This document shows positions 1-13,800 of a DNA stretch of 64,000 nt, piece by piece (the first letter of the stretch is position 1; each line of letters starts with the position of its first letter). The DNA comes from Laetmonice hystrix. Lineage: Eukaryota. The stretch spans positions 35,962,001 through 36,026,000 of the forward strand of contig OZ249436.1 of the NCBI GenBank assembly GCA_965235115.1. The letters are read 5' to 3'. The translations under genes were made by a program, and so were the position numbers. Under the pieces are notes generated by a model. The model ran no database searches. It had not been told where the DNA came from and saw nothing but the letters and a program-made list of their open reading frames with translations.

Positions 1-210
1 TCACAGGTAGAGCTCTTCAGCATAGAAGCTTTAGGAGCTGCCTCGCATCATAATAACCACATCATACTCCATATATTTGAAACAATAGAAAAATCTTGAT
101 TGAATTATCAGGCAAGCCCAACAGACAACATTCTGTTGTACAGCATTGATTTGACACATATTTAATAACCCAGAATTGAAAATACTTGCTGGATATTGGT
201 TTCAGAAAAG

Positions 211-1230
211 TTATAGAATGTCAAGTTTGAGATAGTCAAGAAGTCTTGGAGGTAAAGGAAGTTGGGCTATCCTTGGCAAAATGCTTGTTCCTCCCGTGCA
301 CAGCATTAGAGCATGCCGCAACTTGATTCGACATTGTTGTAAAAGAGGCTGTGGTGTCCTCCCTTTGTCTTGGACAAGGTCCACAAAACTTGAATCAAAG
401 TAGGAAGATCGACTTAGTTTTTGTATGTGCTCTACCTGAACACTACTTCCTGCTAGCATGAGCATGAAACATAAATCTGAGTGCCCTTCTGCTATACTGA
501 ATGCAAGAACATCCATTCCTGTAAAATTAATATCATTAACATCACTCCCTGCTTGGATCAAATATTTTGCAACTTCCCTGTGGTTCAAAATCATTGCAAC
601 AAAAAGGGCAGTCTCACAAGATTCTTCAATCTTTGCTTTGAGGTCAGCACCATTTTCCACTAGATAAATAACAGTGTCTAACTGATTTTCCATGGCAGCC
701 TCTAATAATGGTGAAAAACGATAATCTCCACTGTGGTTGATGTCAGCACCACTTTCAACAAGAAGCTTGGTGATGTCAAGAAAGCCACGGTTACAAGAGT
801 AATGTAAGGCTGTCATTCGACAGTCTCCTGGCTCAAGATTGAGGTTGCATCCGTTTTTGATGAGAACTTTTACGACTTCCAGGAAGCCACAACGTGAAGC
901 TGCAATAAGTGGTGTCTCTCGTCTTTTTCGCACCCTTCCATAGTCATCTGTTTCCCTCACCTGGCTGTACATGTTAACATCTGCACCACCGTTGATTAAA
1001 ATCTGTACTGCACATGGATTCTCGGTAAGCACAGCTTCCATAAGTGGTGTACAACCATTATTCCAGATCAGATTTAGGTCAAAAACATAATTAACAAGCT
1101 CTTGTAGAACAACTGGATCATCTTCTCCGTGGTGAAATGCAGTGAATAGGTTCTCCACCTTGGAAAGACTTTCACTCAGCTCACTGAAGACATTGTCCAG
1201 GTTGTCATCTTCAATCTCTTCAGCACTCAT
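211..1230 (-). CDS. Ankyrin repeat and SOCS box-containing protein (ASB family), 339 aa, single coding exon
   Basis: ORF has repeated ankyrin consensus (TPLMEAV, TPLIAAS, TALHYSC, SPLLEAA, TALFVAM) and a C-terminal SOCS box (PQPLLQQCRIKLRHAL...IAQLPLPPRLLDYL). Probable 5'-UTR intron 1915..1286 (donor ctgag|gtaaag, acceptor ttactttcag|). The specific ASB orthologue cannot be assigned. Confidence 0.93.
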   Translation of the reverse strand: MSAEEIEDDNLDNVFSELSESLSKVENLFTAFHHGEDDPVVLQELVNYVFDLNLIWNNGCTPLMEAVLTENPCAVQILINGGADVNMYSQVRETDDYGRVRKRRETPLIAASRCGFLEVVKVLIKNGCNLNLEPGDCRMTALHYSCNRGFLDITKLLVESGADINHSGDYRFSPLLEAAMENQLDTVIYLVENGADLKAKIEESCETALFVAMILNHREVAKYLIQAGSDVNDINFTGMDVLAFSIAEGHSDLCFMLMLAGSSVQVEHIQKLSRSSYFDSSFVDLVQDKGRTPQPLLQQCRIKLRHALMLCTGGTSILPRIAQLPLPPRLLDYLKLDIL

Positions 1231-1915
1231 AATTCCCTTGCTTTCTCTGGCTGTTTTTGCCTCCGTTGGTTTGACTTTGGCAAGACTGAAAGTAAAAAGC
1301 AGAAAGATGATGATGAGGGGGTCACCATCTTTAGGCTAAGGCCAAGGGGTAGGGGTTGGGGTACGGGGGGGGGGGGGGGCTGCAGTTTTTATCTGATCAT
1401 TTTCATTTATTTCACAATGCCAAAGGCAAAAGGGGGAAACTTTATTTTTTCAGGGCAGTAAACTAAAAGCTGGAAATATTTTTTCACATTAGCAAAGGGT
1501 CTTTTGACATTTATCTCTCCCCCCCCCCCCCCCGCCCCCGATTGCCCGAATCCGCTAAGCCCAAGACAAGTGCTTCCTGTCTTGGCATAAGCCTTAGATT
1601 TAGAACTTACTTTAGTTGGAGTAGGCTTATAGTACTACTAGCTGTCTCTAATGTGACCTTGTCTGTGTCTGTGGTGTTAGACCTGTTTAGACTTTAGTCT
1701 GTAACTGATTGACACTGACAGGAGCTCCAACTCTTAGAGACGAGCGGCCTCTAGCGGGAAAAAGGGGCTGGTGATCGAGACTACTCCAACTCTCCAACTC
1801 CAACTCCAAGCAAGCAGATTTCGAGGGGTTAACTGTCTTTCAGTTGCCTAACAGCTGTTTAAACTGGTCTTAAATCATAACAGGGCTTTGTTGAGAATAC
1901 GCATGCATACTTTAC

Positions 1916-2361
1916 CTCAGAAGAATAGGGCTTAATTTTCAACAATGCCGAGACAACTGCAAGATGGAGTAGGTTACACTTCTTGACAAGTGCTCCTCCG
2001 CCCTTCTATTTACAGGGGGCGCTGTTTATCGTCCAAGCCGGTGTAGTAGTCGATGTACGCCCACTGACACGAAACTCAAAAGCAATGCTCTTTTATGCAT
2101 TCTGTTATCCGTACCGTGAAAAGATATAGAGTATAAATCTTGGTAAAATTTTCAGTATGAAAAATGTGGGTGTTTTAGATAAAAGAATGGTTTTAGTTTT
2201 GGAGTTTAGTTAGGCTATCTCAAGGTATATTCTACTCGTTGCATAGCAACATTGGTGTCAACTTCCGGTAACAATATTATTTGGCAGCTGGAAATTTTGT
2301 GATAGTTCTGAACATAGATCGTAGTCTATGTTCTGAACATCGACCTGTTTATTAGGACAAG
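1916..2361. promoter_or_regulatory. Probable bidirectional promoter (includes the two 5'-UTR exons) between divergent ASB and SPAG8 genes
   Basis: The ASB 5'-UTR donor at 1916 and the SPAG8 ATG at 2362 are under 450 bp apart on opposite strands. Contains an RFX X-box-like palindrome GTTGCATAGCAAC (2238-2250) and an ETS-like ACTTCCGGT (2261-2269). Confidence 0.65.
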
Positions 2362-5300
2362 ATGACGACATTGAACGGAGGAAGAAACGAAATACGTTTC
2401 AACAATTCGAGTGGAAAATGCTTACTGGAAAACTGGGTCGAAGAGGTATGTAAATTGCGGGTTTGACATTGAAGTGTAACATTACATTCATTAGGCGTCA
2501 GGTGGCTGCCAGGAGTCCGTCCCAATTTTTGGGAGTGTCGGACTCACGGACTTCCATCAAAATCGACCCCTGTTAAATCACCATATATTCTAGGAATGTT
2601 CCGTTTATTTTTGGACCCCATTTTTTTCAACTGGGGCACCATTTTTTTAAACACATGGGTCCCTGGCCCTGGGACTTGAATGACCTGGCACCAATTACAA
2701 ATTATTTATATTAGCTAATTAGGTAGTAGGCCTTTTTGGGGTTTGTTTTTTTGCTGATTGTTGCTTGTAAGTTGTATTGACAATTGTTAATTGTAATGTA
2801 AGTTTGACAAACATTACCCTAGAGCTCTATGATAGCTCTATGATGTACCATATTTATTTATTCTTTATTTATTTGCTTGCAGAGGGCAGTTGCCCATGTT
2901 GACCCTGATAACCTGAATTCAGCGGTACAAAGTTCAGCACAGCAATTCAAGGAGGGACATCAGGGCCTTCTCACTCAGGACATGACCAGTGATGCAGAAC
3001 AGTTAACAACAGTACAGGAATCTTACAAAACACCACAGGGACCTAATGTTAGGCTAAAGGGTTGGTAGTAAAATTATGTACAAGTAAAGTCAGCATTACT
3101 ATACTCTATAGAGTCGATAATGATTATAATATTTATAGGCAGATCAATTAAGAGTATATGTTTTTCAGAAATTTCCTACTAATTTGCTTCTCTAATGTGA
3201 AAGGTAAATAAAGTACATGAAAAATTCAAGCGTGACACCAATTGAAACAATATTAGATTGATCAGAATTGATTACAGGTAGGGCCTATTAGTATTATGGT
3301 TTATAAACTAAAAGGTTAATTTTATACAAATGGATTATGGTTTGTTGGCCCTCATCTAAATCAACTCACCTTTTTGCCACTGTTAAGTGGTCCTCATATG
3401 TACATGTTCAGTATAGAAGTCCATGATAATGTTATACACTGCAGCTGAAGACCCACCTGTCAGAAAGCCTCGTATGTTTTGGTGTTTAAATATTGTTTGG
3501 TGCATCTAATATTTTTCTTTATTATAAAACTCAAGTGTCTCGCCAGCCTTTTTCAGCGTAGCGGGCCACTACACTGCACAGTATTTTGACCACTACACGG
3601 TCTTTGAGGCCGCTACACTGTCTCTTGACCAGCGTAGCGGCAAAAACATGTCTAAATTCAACAGAACCCACAGGAATAAAATGTCGCTTGTTTACTGTCC
3701 AGTTTAACAAGCCTTTGTCATCTGACTATCTAGACCACAAGATAAGGCTCTAAAATAGCTTAAATTACCTGAGCTTGGGGTTTGCCCCTCCTGTGGCCCT
3801 AACCAGGGCTCTGCCCTTAGTTTGACTGCTACGCTGTGGAAAATTTCTGGTGAGAACCCTGAACTCGGTGTTAAATCAATATGTAGCCTTCAATCGAGTA
3901 AATTATTTCCCTCATCCTCATTAACTCATTGTCATGGATATATCTGATTGAAATACTGAATTAATTTACTGTAATAATTGTAAAGTTTGGGCCAAAATAT
4001 AAAATTATGGTACTGCTATATTTTCTTTCAGAAAAATCTTTTCATCAGTGTAAAGATTTAGAGTGCAGATAGTTATAGTGAATGTGAACTCTTCCATCTG
4101 TAACAATAATATGCAATATATGCAATCAGTTTTCAGTTTTGCATGTTACATTAAAGGATGACACCACATTGATACTAGGATTGTTATTTTGTAGGCCAGA
4201 ATCACAAAATTACTGTACAATATAATTTTGGTAGGTTTAGATTTGAAGAAATCATATTTTTTTCTTTGAATCAGGAAATTAAGTACAATTACATGTACTT
4301 CACTGTCACAAAAAAGTTACATATGTATGTGTACATGAGATTTGACTTTGTGATATACTTAATTTAAAATGAGATTTGACTTTGTGGTATATTTTAGTAA
4401 GCTTTTACAAAAGCAATGACATATTCAGAGTATGTAACTTTGTGGTAGGGTTCAAGATGAAAAAATCAAACTTTGGGTTCAAGATGGAAAAATCAAACTG
4501 TCGGCTGTATTAAACATGTAGAGTCAGGCCTTGCCTATGATAACCAGTATTATATATTTGGCCAAATGGTTTATCTTATACTGTGTTATGAAATTTAATA
4601 TGACTAGCTACTATGTACATGTAATTCAGCAACTGGAAAACTGTTTCAGGTACAAAGAGGGAATCACTTGAAAAGATGCTTTATGAACAAGTTAGGTAAG
4701 CCAGATAATGTCTAAGGTTAAGAAATATATAGCCAGTATATTGTTAACGTGTTACTCTTTCACTTTGTAATTCATATTCAATTAATCAAAATTCTACAAA
4801 TATAATAAAATCATGTTCCTGAGTCAGGTATCTCATCTTATTTTCACATTTGTACAAAAGGTTTGCTGTTCTTTTATATCAGCAAAGAGGTACATGCAGA
4901 ATTCAACCCACCACCAGAAGTGGCTGAGTACAAATCAGTCACCCATAAAGATTTCAACAGGGAGGAGTTCATCTCAACCAAGCCACCCCCTACACAAGTA
5001 AATAACGAGTTCACCTTCATAAGTTCATTACTAGTCAACAGCTGTTAATTTGAAATGAAAGTGAAGTGAAATTTTGTACTACTAAAAACAGGTATCATTT
5101 TATCCATGAAAATAGGTCAGGGATTGAAATTAAGCAGGGAAGCAAATAATTTGTTCCAAAAATAGGCTACAGTGTATATCACCCAGCCTTCAGGGAAGCC
5201 ATGATCATAGGGAAGCAACTTGCTTCCATTAATTTTGACCCCCATAGATACTGCTCTGAAAGTCTGAATAAAAGTTTCCAAGACTGATCCAGAATTTAAA

Positions 5301-5733
5301 AAAATTTAGAGCTTACCTGATGAATTCATAATAGAAACCCACGCAAATTTCCAATCTTTGTAGCATCATGACTTAATACGTGAACAACCCGCCACGTTCT
5401 GGACAGAACACAAAGAAAAAATCCATGTGAGTTTATTGATTACTTCTGTATTATCCTTTTACTCTTGTAAAGATATCTCCAGTACATTTGATATGAAACC
5501 TTTATTTTTTCCATTGCTCGATTCCTACACATTATTTCGAAGCTGATTATTTATTTTAAATCTTTTTTTTAGGAGTTTTATACATTTACTATTTTCCTAT
5601 AAATTTTCAGGGCGTTTCCCAGGCCAGAAGTGAAGATACACCATTTAGGAAAAACACAGCCTTCAGCAAGCCTATTGATGAGTACATGGACCAGCCTCAA
5701 CCATACGAGGGAAGCCTGTATCCAAACATGTAA
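2362..5733 (+). CDS. SPAG8: Sperm-associated antigen 8 orthologue (axonemal microtubule inner protein), about 202 aa, 6 exons
   Basis: Exons 2362-2445, 2883-3060, 4650-4695, 4883-4997, 5364-5426, 5611-5733, all GT-AG and phase-consistent (609 nt). Motifs GKCLLENWVEERA, GHQGLLT, TTVQESY, KEVHAE, SVTHKDF, EQPATFW and GVSQARSEDTPFRKNTAFSKP match the conserved C-terminal region of vertebrate SPAG8 as I recall it. Confidence 0.88.
3533..3861. mobile_element. Non-autonomous TIR element (hAT-like MITE) in SPAG8 intron 2
   Basis: Left end aagtgtctcgccag is imperfectly inverted to right end ctggtgagaaccctg. AACTC flanks both sides (possible 5-bp TSD). Internal inverted cagcgtagc/gctacgctg motifs. Confidence 0.5.
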
Positions 5734-8700
5734 CAATCATTCGCATCCCACGCCAACCTCCAGAATAAGTGCTAAAGTACAAAAATAAATCTTTAAAGAA
5801 AATCAGGTGGCTAAAAAAATGAAACAGCCAGTAGACATATCTGCTTGCTTGAGGTATAGTTTCACTAAAATTTGGAAAAATGACTAAGCAACTACATTGT
5901 ACTTTTAATCTATTTATTCTGTCTAGACCTTCCTTGGACCTTGTGAGCAATGCTTAGTGTGCAGTTTCTCATTTCTTCATCAATGATTGAATGAGACAAG
6001 TAGTACTGCATACCGGTATATTCACATTGGGGTGACAATGTAAAAAATAAAAAATTATAAATAAAATGATATTAGAACATATAAGATTTCACTTGATATT
6101 CAGGACCTAGACACGATTTTGTGAGTTTTCTTCTAATACATAATTGTGATACTGTAATTGTTCCCCTAGAAAGGTTTCCTCTATCAATCGTGTGTGGTCA
6201 ATTTCTAGTCGGAAGGTTCTACTACCCCATACCTGATAATGTACACCCAAAAGACAAATTACCGTAAGCCTCTGGTGACTGGTTGAAATCGGTTTTATTC
6301 AGAACTTGTTTATCTACCTGAGGGAGGCATAATGGTGTAACAAATCAATGCCGTTCTCACAATGGCCAACTTGGTAATGTGAAATACATTCATTCGCCAA
6401 TTTCATCTCCCTGCAAACAAAAAAAAATCCCACACGTGCACAGCAATAGTAGATTCATTGGGGATTTAGTGTAATTATTATAGACACAGATTTGACTTCG
6501 TCTGGATTTGTACGGTAACCATATTTCTTAAATTGGTCACTGGTTCCTACAAGGCTATGTGTTGATATTTTAATAGTGAAAGAAGATTCGAAAACTCCTT
6601 AGAGAGGTCCTTATTGAAGTTATGCTCTCCACGGTTTCTATATGGTAATGACGAATCAGTTCCAGGAAACTTCGCATATTTACCCTGTTTTTCCATGATC
6701 GGTGGAAATGACTTGTGATTACACATTCTCGGACATGTGAACTACGTGCCACACAACACATATATCTCAAAAGTTGTTCCTATTTATCCTTTTTTGTGCT
6801 TTATACAATACATGATGCCAAAGATGAGTGTGGGTATGATTACATAAAGTAAAACTTATTTTGACAGTTAATGTACATCGGAAACATTTTTGCTTCATGT
6901 GATTACAGAGTTTTGCCAATCCTAATACAGCGATATCGTTATGTACATGTACCTTCAAGTACTTTTAGAAGATAAAAACTGCATAAAAAGAAGTTTACTT
7001 TCACGGTCACTACAACTATGTTTTTATTTATTTGTAACCAAGCCGTTCTCCAGCGGGTGATACTGTACAGATTTGTCAGTATTCTAAGGTCCTTCACAAT
7101 CATCATTGTTAGTCCCTTAAAACCCTTCCAAAATACTGTATGCTGCTTTAACATAACGGGCTATGAGTAATTATGAAATGAACCCCTAGCTCTGTGGTCA
7201 GATGCTTAGTGCACTATATTTTACGTCTTTTGCATGAGAAGACACGATACCATGGATGCTATACCACTACTCTACTTGTGATGACAAAAAACAACCAGAT
7301 TGATGCCTCTTATTATCTGCCAGTTTCACTGGGTCGATGGTAAAGTAATAACATGTGGCAGTGTGACTCTCAAACCTAGAATAATTTTGGTAGTGAACAC
7401 ATTACCTGTAAGTCCTATACATTGCGCAAAGTCTATGATGACCACAATAACCTTTTCTGAGATCTTTTATATATCAAGGCAGGCAGGCTCAGGTGGAAAT
7501 ATTCATGACATTTCAATATTATAAGATTCATTATGAATGGCAGTGTTTTGCTCTTCAAGTGGACCAAAAGGTCAGAAAAACGGGTCAACATGCTTTGAAA
7601 CGATATAATGTAAGTACTCGAAATACAAAATATTTTTAATCTATAATACATGTACATGGCGGCGGCAATGTTTCACAATATGGTGCATTTCTTATTGCAC
7701 TGTTAGAGGAAAAACGAAATATCCTGTGATTTAAACTTTAAATCCTAGGAATAAATTAAATCAGAATATACATACGCACTCTCACACAGATAAAAACCAT
7801 TACACCTGCATATTAAATATAACGAAATATAATAACCAATCTGTAACAAATCACCATCAGAATTTATGGAAGATATGTATACATATAATAAAGCACAGCA
7901 ACTTGCAAAAGGTGCATTGAATGCAACAAAAACACGCCTTAACATGAAACGATATCATTCCAACTCCAACTAATGTCCTAAAAAACTAAAACGCAAAAAC
8001 CCGTTGAAAACACTCCATCCTAGAAATGCTGTGCGAAGTTTAAGCCTTGCACAAGCATTATTTCCGGGTCAACAGCAATTCATGCCAAACAAAGTGAACA
8101 GACTTTCCATAAAATTATGGGAAACATTCAAAAATAATCAACAAATTCTGCAAACATTATAATTGGAAATATACAAATGTGCGTGTGGAAGTTATCTAAA
8201 GTTATGATAATAACAGCAGGGATTCAGATTATTACCGTAGCTTCAAATTATGAAAGCCTAGCAGTAGTTGTAATATTAGCTGCCCGAGACCACACTCGTT
8301 TTAACATTTATTCTCTACTTGGAGCTGTAGTCCGCTTCCTTCCTTGTCTTACAAACGAAGCTACTGTACTGCTTTTGATATCGTAAAGACATGATTTCAG
8401 TGGTGGCATGGCAATCTGAATAGAAATACATTTAAAATGAAAAATTTGTTAAGACTAATGCTAGCTCCGCGACTCACCTCCAGTGAGCTACTCTGATAGT
8501 ACAACAGTTCATCGACCCTAGTACTCTAGTCTCCTGGGCAGGGCATTGTTATCCATGAGAAAAAATGACGTTGATTCTGCTGCCTGGACCCTACAACTTA
8601 CTACCCGTAGATTCCTATACCGTTATGGACATCTGGTTTCTTAAAAACCTGGCTGAACACACACTTCTTGAGGGTCAGGGATGGAACAAATGGACACAAA

Positions 8701-10889
8701 AACTCCACGCTTTACACGTCCTCCTACTTTGTACACTTCTATAAATCAAGTACACTTTCAAATCTAGAACTGAAACACTGTACTGTAGTAAAGTTTACGT
8801 CAGTTCTCGTTTTGTCTAGCCTTGGTTTTGTTGTCGATGGATAGGTCTAAGCAACTATGGCAGGTTGCCGAGCATAGCACAGAGAAATGTTGCTACCCTG
8901 TTTCTATACTGTACAATAGGATATAAAATATTGTTTGTAAACACATTATCAGATCTACCGGTACATTACAACTGGACAATACTGGGCAAACATCTCAAGT
9001 GACAAGTACAAAACATATGTACGTACTTATACTGGGACTTCGTTTTCTAGTTAAGTCTTCTTTGTCTTAATGGCAGAAACACTGGTGTTTCAATAGTATA
9101 CCAATGCTTCAATTCTCCTACCTGGAAAACTGGAAAAGAAATCACTTTATGACCAAATACTGGTTCACTGTGGTTCACTGATGACCTATATCACCATATG
9201 AAAAGATATGAACTATCTGTATTTCTTTTCATGACATGGATAGATTTCATTAAAGTTTTAAAAATGAATCCGTTTAAAATGTTAATAATAGACTTTGTTG
9301 GTAATTTTATACTCTTTCGTGAGGACGACAGATACCACAAAACTATTAATTTATCAAGCCAGCTGTAAGAACTTGTAACTGGTGAAAGAAACTGTCATGA
9401 TATCGAGATTTCAGACACTTGGTGTCAAGTGTCCAAGGGGGCCCCAAGGTGTCATGGTTGGTGTCTTTGCTCTTTATGGGAGTGGGTACAGTGACAACTG
9501 ATGTTCTGCTGCTGTGTGTGTGCACCCACGCTCCCGTATTAGCTCTCGAGACCGAGAACAAAACTGGAGCCACTGTGCTGTGAAACCTCTGACATCCACC
9601 CGTTATGTGGGAAATTTCTCCCCCCCCTGCCCCACCCAAAAAAAAAAACTTCCAGAGCACCAAGCTTGTTGGATTACTGACAGTACATAAAAGAATAAGT
9701 AACACTGGTATAGCAATGGGGCTATCAGCATAGGTCAATGCATATTCCAGGTTGAAAAAAAACGTGTTCAGCCTAATCTAATGATAGCCTTTGCTACAGC
9801 ACCAATCTTGTAAAATTCCTAATCAAAAATGCTGCTAAGTTTCTGTGAATACTTAGTACAAAAAGATTACCTGGTAAGAACCTAACTGTCCCGTGCTTAA
9901 TCCATGAGAAAATTCAAATTACCTAAGTGATTTGTAGTTTATAACTTCTTTTTTTTCACTTTATCTGAACTACTATAGCACACATTTTAAGTGATGGCCT
10001 GCACAATTAACAGACTCCTACTGAACTTGAACACTTATAATAATGTTAAATAAACTTGTTAAGGATTTCTCTTTTAAAAGCTTTTGCTAACTCAACTGGT
10101 TGTATCTGCTGTGAATCGCTTTTTAAGACCAATTATTTCCAAAATTGTCCTTGAATCATTGTAATATTATAAGGGTTATTAGGCATAGTTTTTTTAAACG
10201 TGTTATTTATAAATGATGAGATTTACTTCGTAGATACCTGCCAAATAATGAAGATAGGTCATAGCATTCATTATTTCTTACCTTGGATTTGTTCACTTTA
10301 TACAGAGTTTTAGTTTCATCTCTTGTACATTATCCAAAAGTCAACTCCTTGCCTTAACCCAGGTACAAATTTCTATGAATACCAAGCGTTTACTGTTGTA
10401 AAGAGGTGGGGCAAGGCAATAGGCAATTAATGTAGGCTTTTTTTTTTGCTCGTCAATATGGCTTCTTCTTAAATACAAGCATTTGATTTGGGAGGTATTT
10501 ATAAGGTATCTACCCGGTATATATCTATTTACTTATTCCATAATTTTTGACTGACCAGTGAATACGAGAACTTTCAATATAGCAACTTGCTCATAGCAGA
10601 GATATTGAACCTATCTAAGGATATAAATAGAGCCCTATAGGCAGATATCTATTTCACATGATATTGTTTCCAAACTTATTTAAAGAGTGTCAACACTCTG
10701 GTGCCATCAGCGCCTTGAAAAGTAGGCGTTCATAGGCCCCATCTGTGTTATTCAACACCTAACATAGCCTACCAGAGTTATCGGTCAAAAATTATGGCAG
10801 TAAAACAATTAAGTCTGATACCAATATAAAAAAATTTACACTCCCCCGCGAGCTTACCGAGTGACATGAGTAAGCGGGAATGGCCAGGT

Positions 10890-13800
10890 TCACAAAGAGA
10901 ACTCTCCATTCGGAGACTGCGGTGACGGTGTTGGTGAACGTCCACGGGCTGCAGAGATTAGTCCCATCTGAGGTACAGTCATTTGGCCACTAGATGGCAC
11001 CAAAGTGATCTCTCCGGTTGACGTCACCACCAGCGTGGAACGGCAGAGTGTGGCGCTACCTGGTGCTGGTGACGTTAGGGTGGTCGTACCACTCGAGTTT
11101 ACAGTGACGGTGTGCGGGATAGCTTGGTAGGCTGGAGGACTGGGCTGACTTGTCATTCCATCTGGCTGCCATCTAATGCAGTTTGATGATTGCCCTTCAA
11201 ACGGTGCCATGATGACTGCCTTCTCTGACTGCAGCGTGTGGTTGAGTGAGTCTTCATACAGTGGTGGAGGTTCCCCTACAATCAAACCAAGGTTTACTTG
11301 TAGAAACACCTGAGGGTTGGTGGGTTTGGACAGGTACTCTGGTGTCCTCTAAAGCCAGTGTCACACAGCACGATATTCCTTCCGATCCTCCGACCGCCCA
11401 AGCTTCCAACGATCGGAGGTAAATCGGGGGTCAGGTCGGAGTGTTCTCACTGAAAAGTCTGACACTGTGTTTTTTGGTCAGACTTTCCTTGGACTCACCG
11501 ACCCTCCGTTATTGCTCCGACCATCATTATCATGGTCCGACCTGTCTCCGATGTCGGGCAGTCGGGGGATCGGAAGGAAATATCGTGCCGTGTGACACTG
11601 GTTTTACAGTCAGACTGACTGCCAGCAGCAGTTGCTGCATCAAAATCTCAAGTCAGAATCCACTGCACACTTTAGAGAGACTAACGTCTAACCTTCCTGA
11701 CCTCTGGAATTAAGACTAACACCCAAGGTCTCATCTATCCTGACCTTGTACATGATCAAAGTCTACACGAGTTCTGTGGGTGTGGGTCACTCACCCTCAG
11801 TGGGAGGTTGGTACTGGTGGGACTGGTTGTCCTCGGGTGGACTGTATGGCGGCGGCAGCAGCATCAGGGTCGCTGCATCCATGAATCCCACATCTACCTC
11901 AGGAGGTGGCAGGGTCTGGTCACTAAGCCGTTCGTGTGGACAGATCCAGCCAGGACCGATGACTGGCCTCTGGGGTAGGGTCACGGCCTGCGTTGTCCTG
12001 TCTCGTCGGTGGCTTGGGTGGAGGCGGTCACGACTCCCACCAGCTACATCAGTAACATTTGAAAACAAAACTTTAAAACTACACAATGCACTCTGTTTTT
12101 GCTATTTTTAAGTTATTAAACCTGTGGCGGGGACTTGTTTGACCATGTAGAAATTAGGGGCGGAATGATACATTTTCTTGCCATATGATACGTATTGCGG
12201 TACAGAGGTCACGATATGATTCACCATATGATTCTTTTACATTATAGTAAAGAAAGTATCATTTGTCCATTTTTGTCTTTTAAAAACATGTAACTTGTAA
12301 ATAAATTCATACTGTTTTCCCTCAGAAACTACAACATCAATTTTGTAACCAAACAACATTTTCCATCATAACTGTAAAAAAATTAATTTGATTAAAAATA
12401 TCCAAGAGAAAAAAAGGTTCTTACCTAGAGGAATTGGCTGACAAAGCTGTTTGCGAACCTTCACAGCAATAGCAAAGAACAGCAGAACAGTAACAATGGC
12501 CATAGGAATAGCCAGTCCAAACCAGCGTTCACCCCATCGTCGATTACACAATGGACTTTGGTCGTTCATGCCACAAAACGACACTGGCACAATGACATCT
12601 GTTGGAGAGATACACTTAAATTATGATATGTCTCAGCTATTGACAGAGATACACTACAGTAGTGTTTCACCACATCCTAGAGTTAATATAACAGTGAATA
12701 CCATTTGCCTAAGCCCAGTAATTGTAACCGTTTTCTACCTTTTTCTAATTCAAGGTATCTAATTCAAGGTGCTTGTTTCGTTTACATAAAACATCATACA
12801 CATTGACCAAGAAGTGATTGCTTACTGTTTCTCGAGCAGTTTTTGATCTCGTCGGTGCCATCTAGGCAGTGAGTATAACCATCACAGTGTAGATCAGGAC
12901 TAATACAACGTCCATCGTTGCATCGGAAGAGACCGTTCAACTCGCACGAAGCTGATAAAACATAGTTAAAAATAAGTTTTGTTAATACAATATTCCTGTA
13001 AACGATTTGTTTTCAAGACAGGCCTGTTTAACTGCCCTGTTAACTACCCCACTAAGAAGGCTGGGTCAAATGCACAATTTTAAAAGCTAGTGGGACATTC
13101 ACTCAAGACACAATTTCTATCTCAGAACAAAGCATCCAGTTTGGGAGCTGTGCCAAAAAAAGGCTCACCTGTTGAAGAGACAGAAGTGACCAGAAACTTG
13201 AAGCCATGATATCGACCAGTAGGCCGGCCTGTTTTGAAGGTAATACGGATCCCATCACCAGAACTCACAGTTTCAAAGACGTGTGGTCGTCCATATTGTG
13301 AACTTGGAAAAGCCTTTCCAATGTTCCCACAGAAATCATGAAGTAACTATAAATACAAAAACAGAATCAGCTTTAAAAAATATGGAATTCATATGTGCAG
13401 ATGGGTCACTGGTGAAATACCATCCCACTGCCACTTAGCCATAATCAAAACTGTCGTCTTTCAGCAAATATGGCATCCATTCCTGAGGTTAACAACTTAC
13501 ATGTAAATGACATTTCCTATCCTTGCCAAGTTCACACATGTTGATGGAGTCACGACATGGCCGCTTTGATGGAAGGTCCACATAAATGATCTGTATGATG
13601 AGCCTGCTTCTGACGCCACTGTCCATGAATGATGGCTGATGTAGACATACAAGGCAAAACAGTCAAATAAATAACAATCATTTTACAGACATAAAATAAT
13701 TAGCTTTTTTCAGGTAGATAAATTACCAACATATTGATTAAAAGAGTTAATTACCGTTAATACCACAGTTCTTCTGAGATCCACGTCTCTGTAAAATTCT

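Noticed and set aside
3445..3472. Hammerhead-like CTGAAGA...GAAAGCCTC in a SPAG8 intron
   Set aside because: Stem II cannot form properly with the core in register; too degenerate to support.
4335..4499. Two short local duplications in SPAG8 intron 2
   Set aside because: Ordinary slippage duplications with no sign of function.
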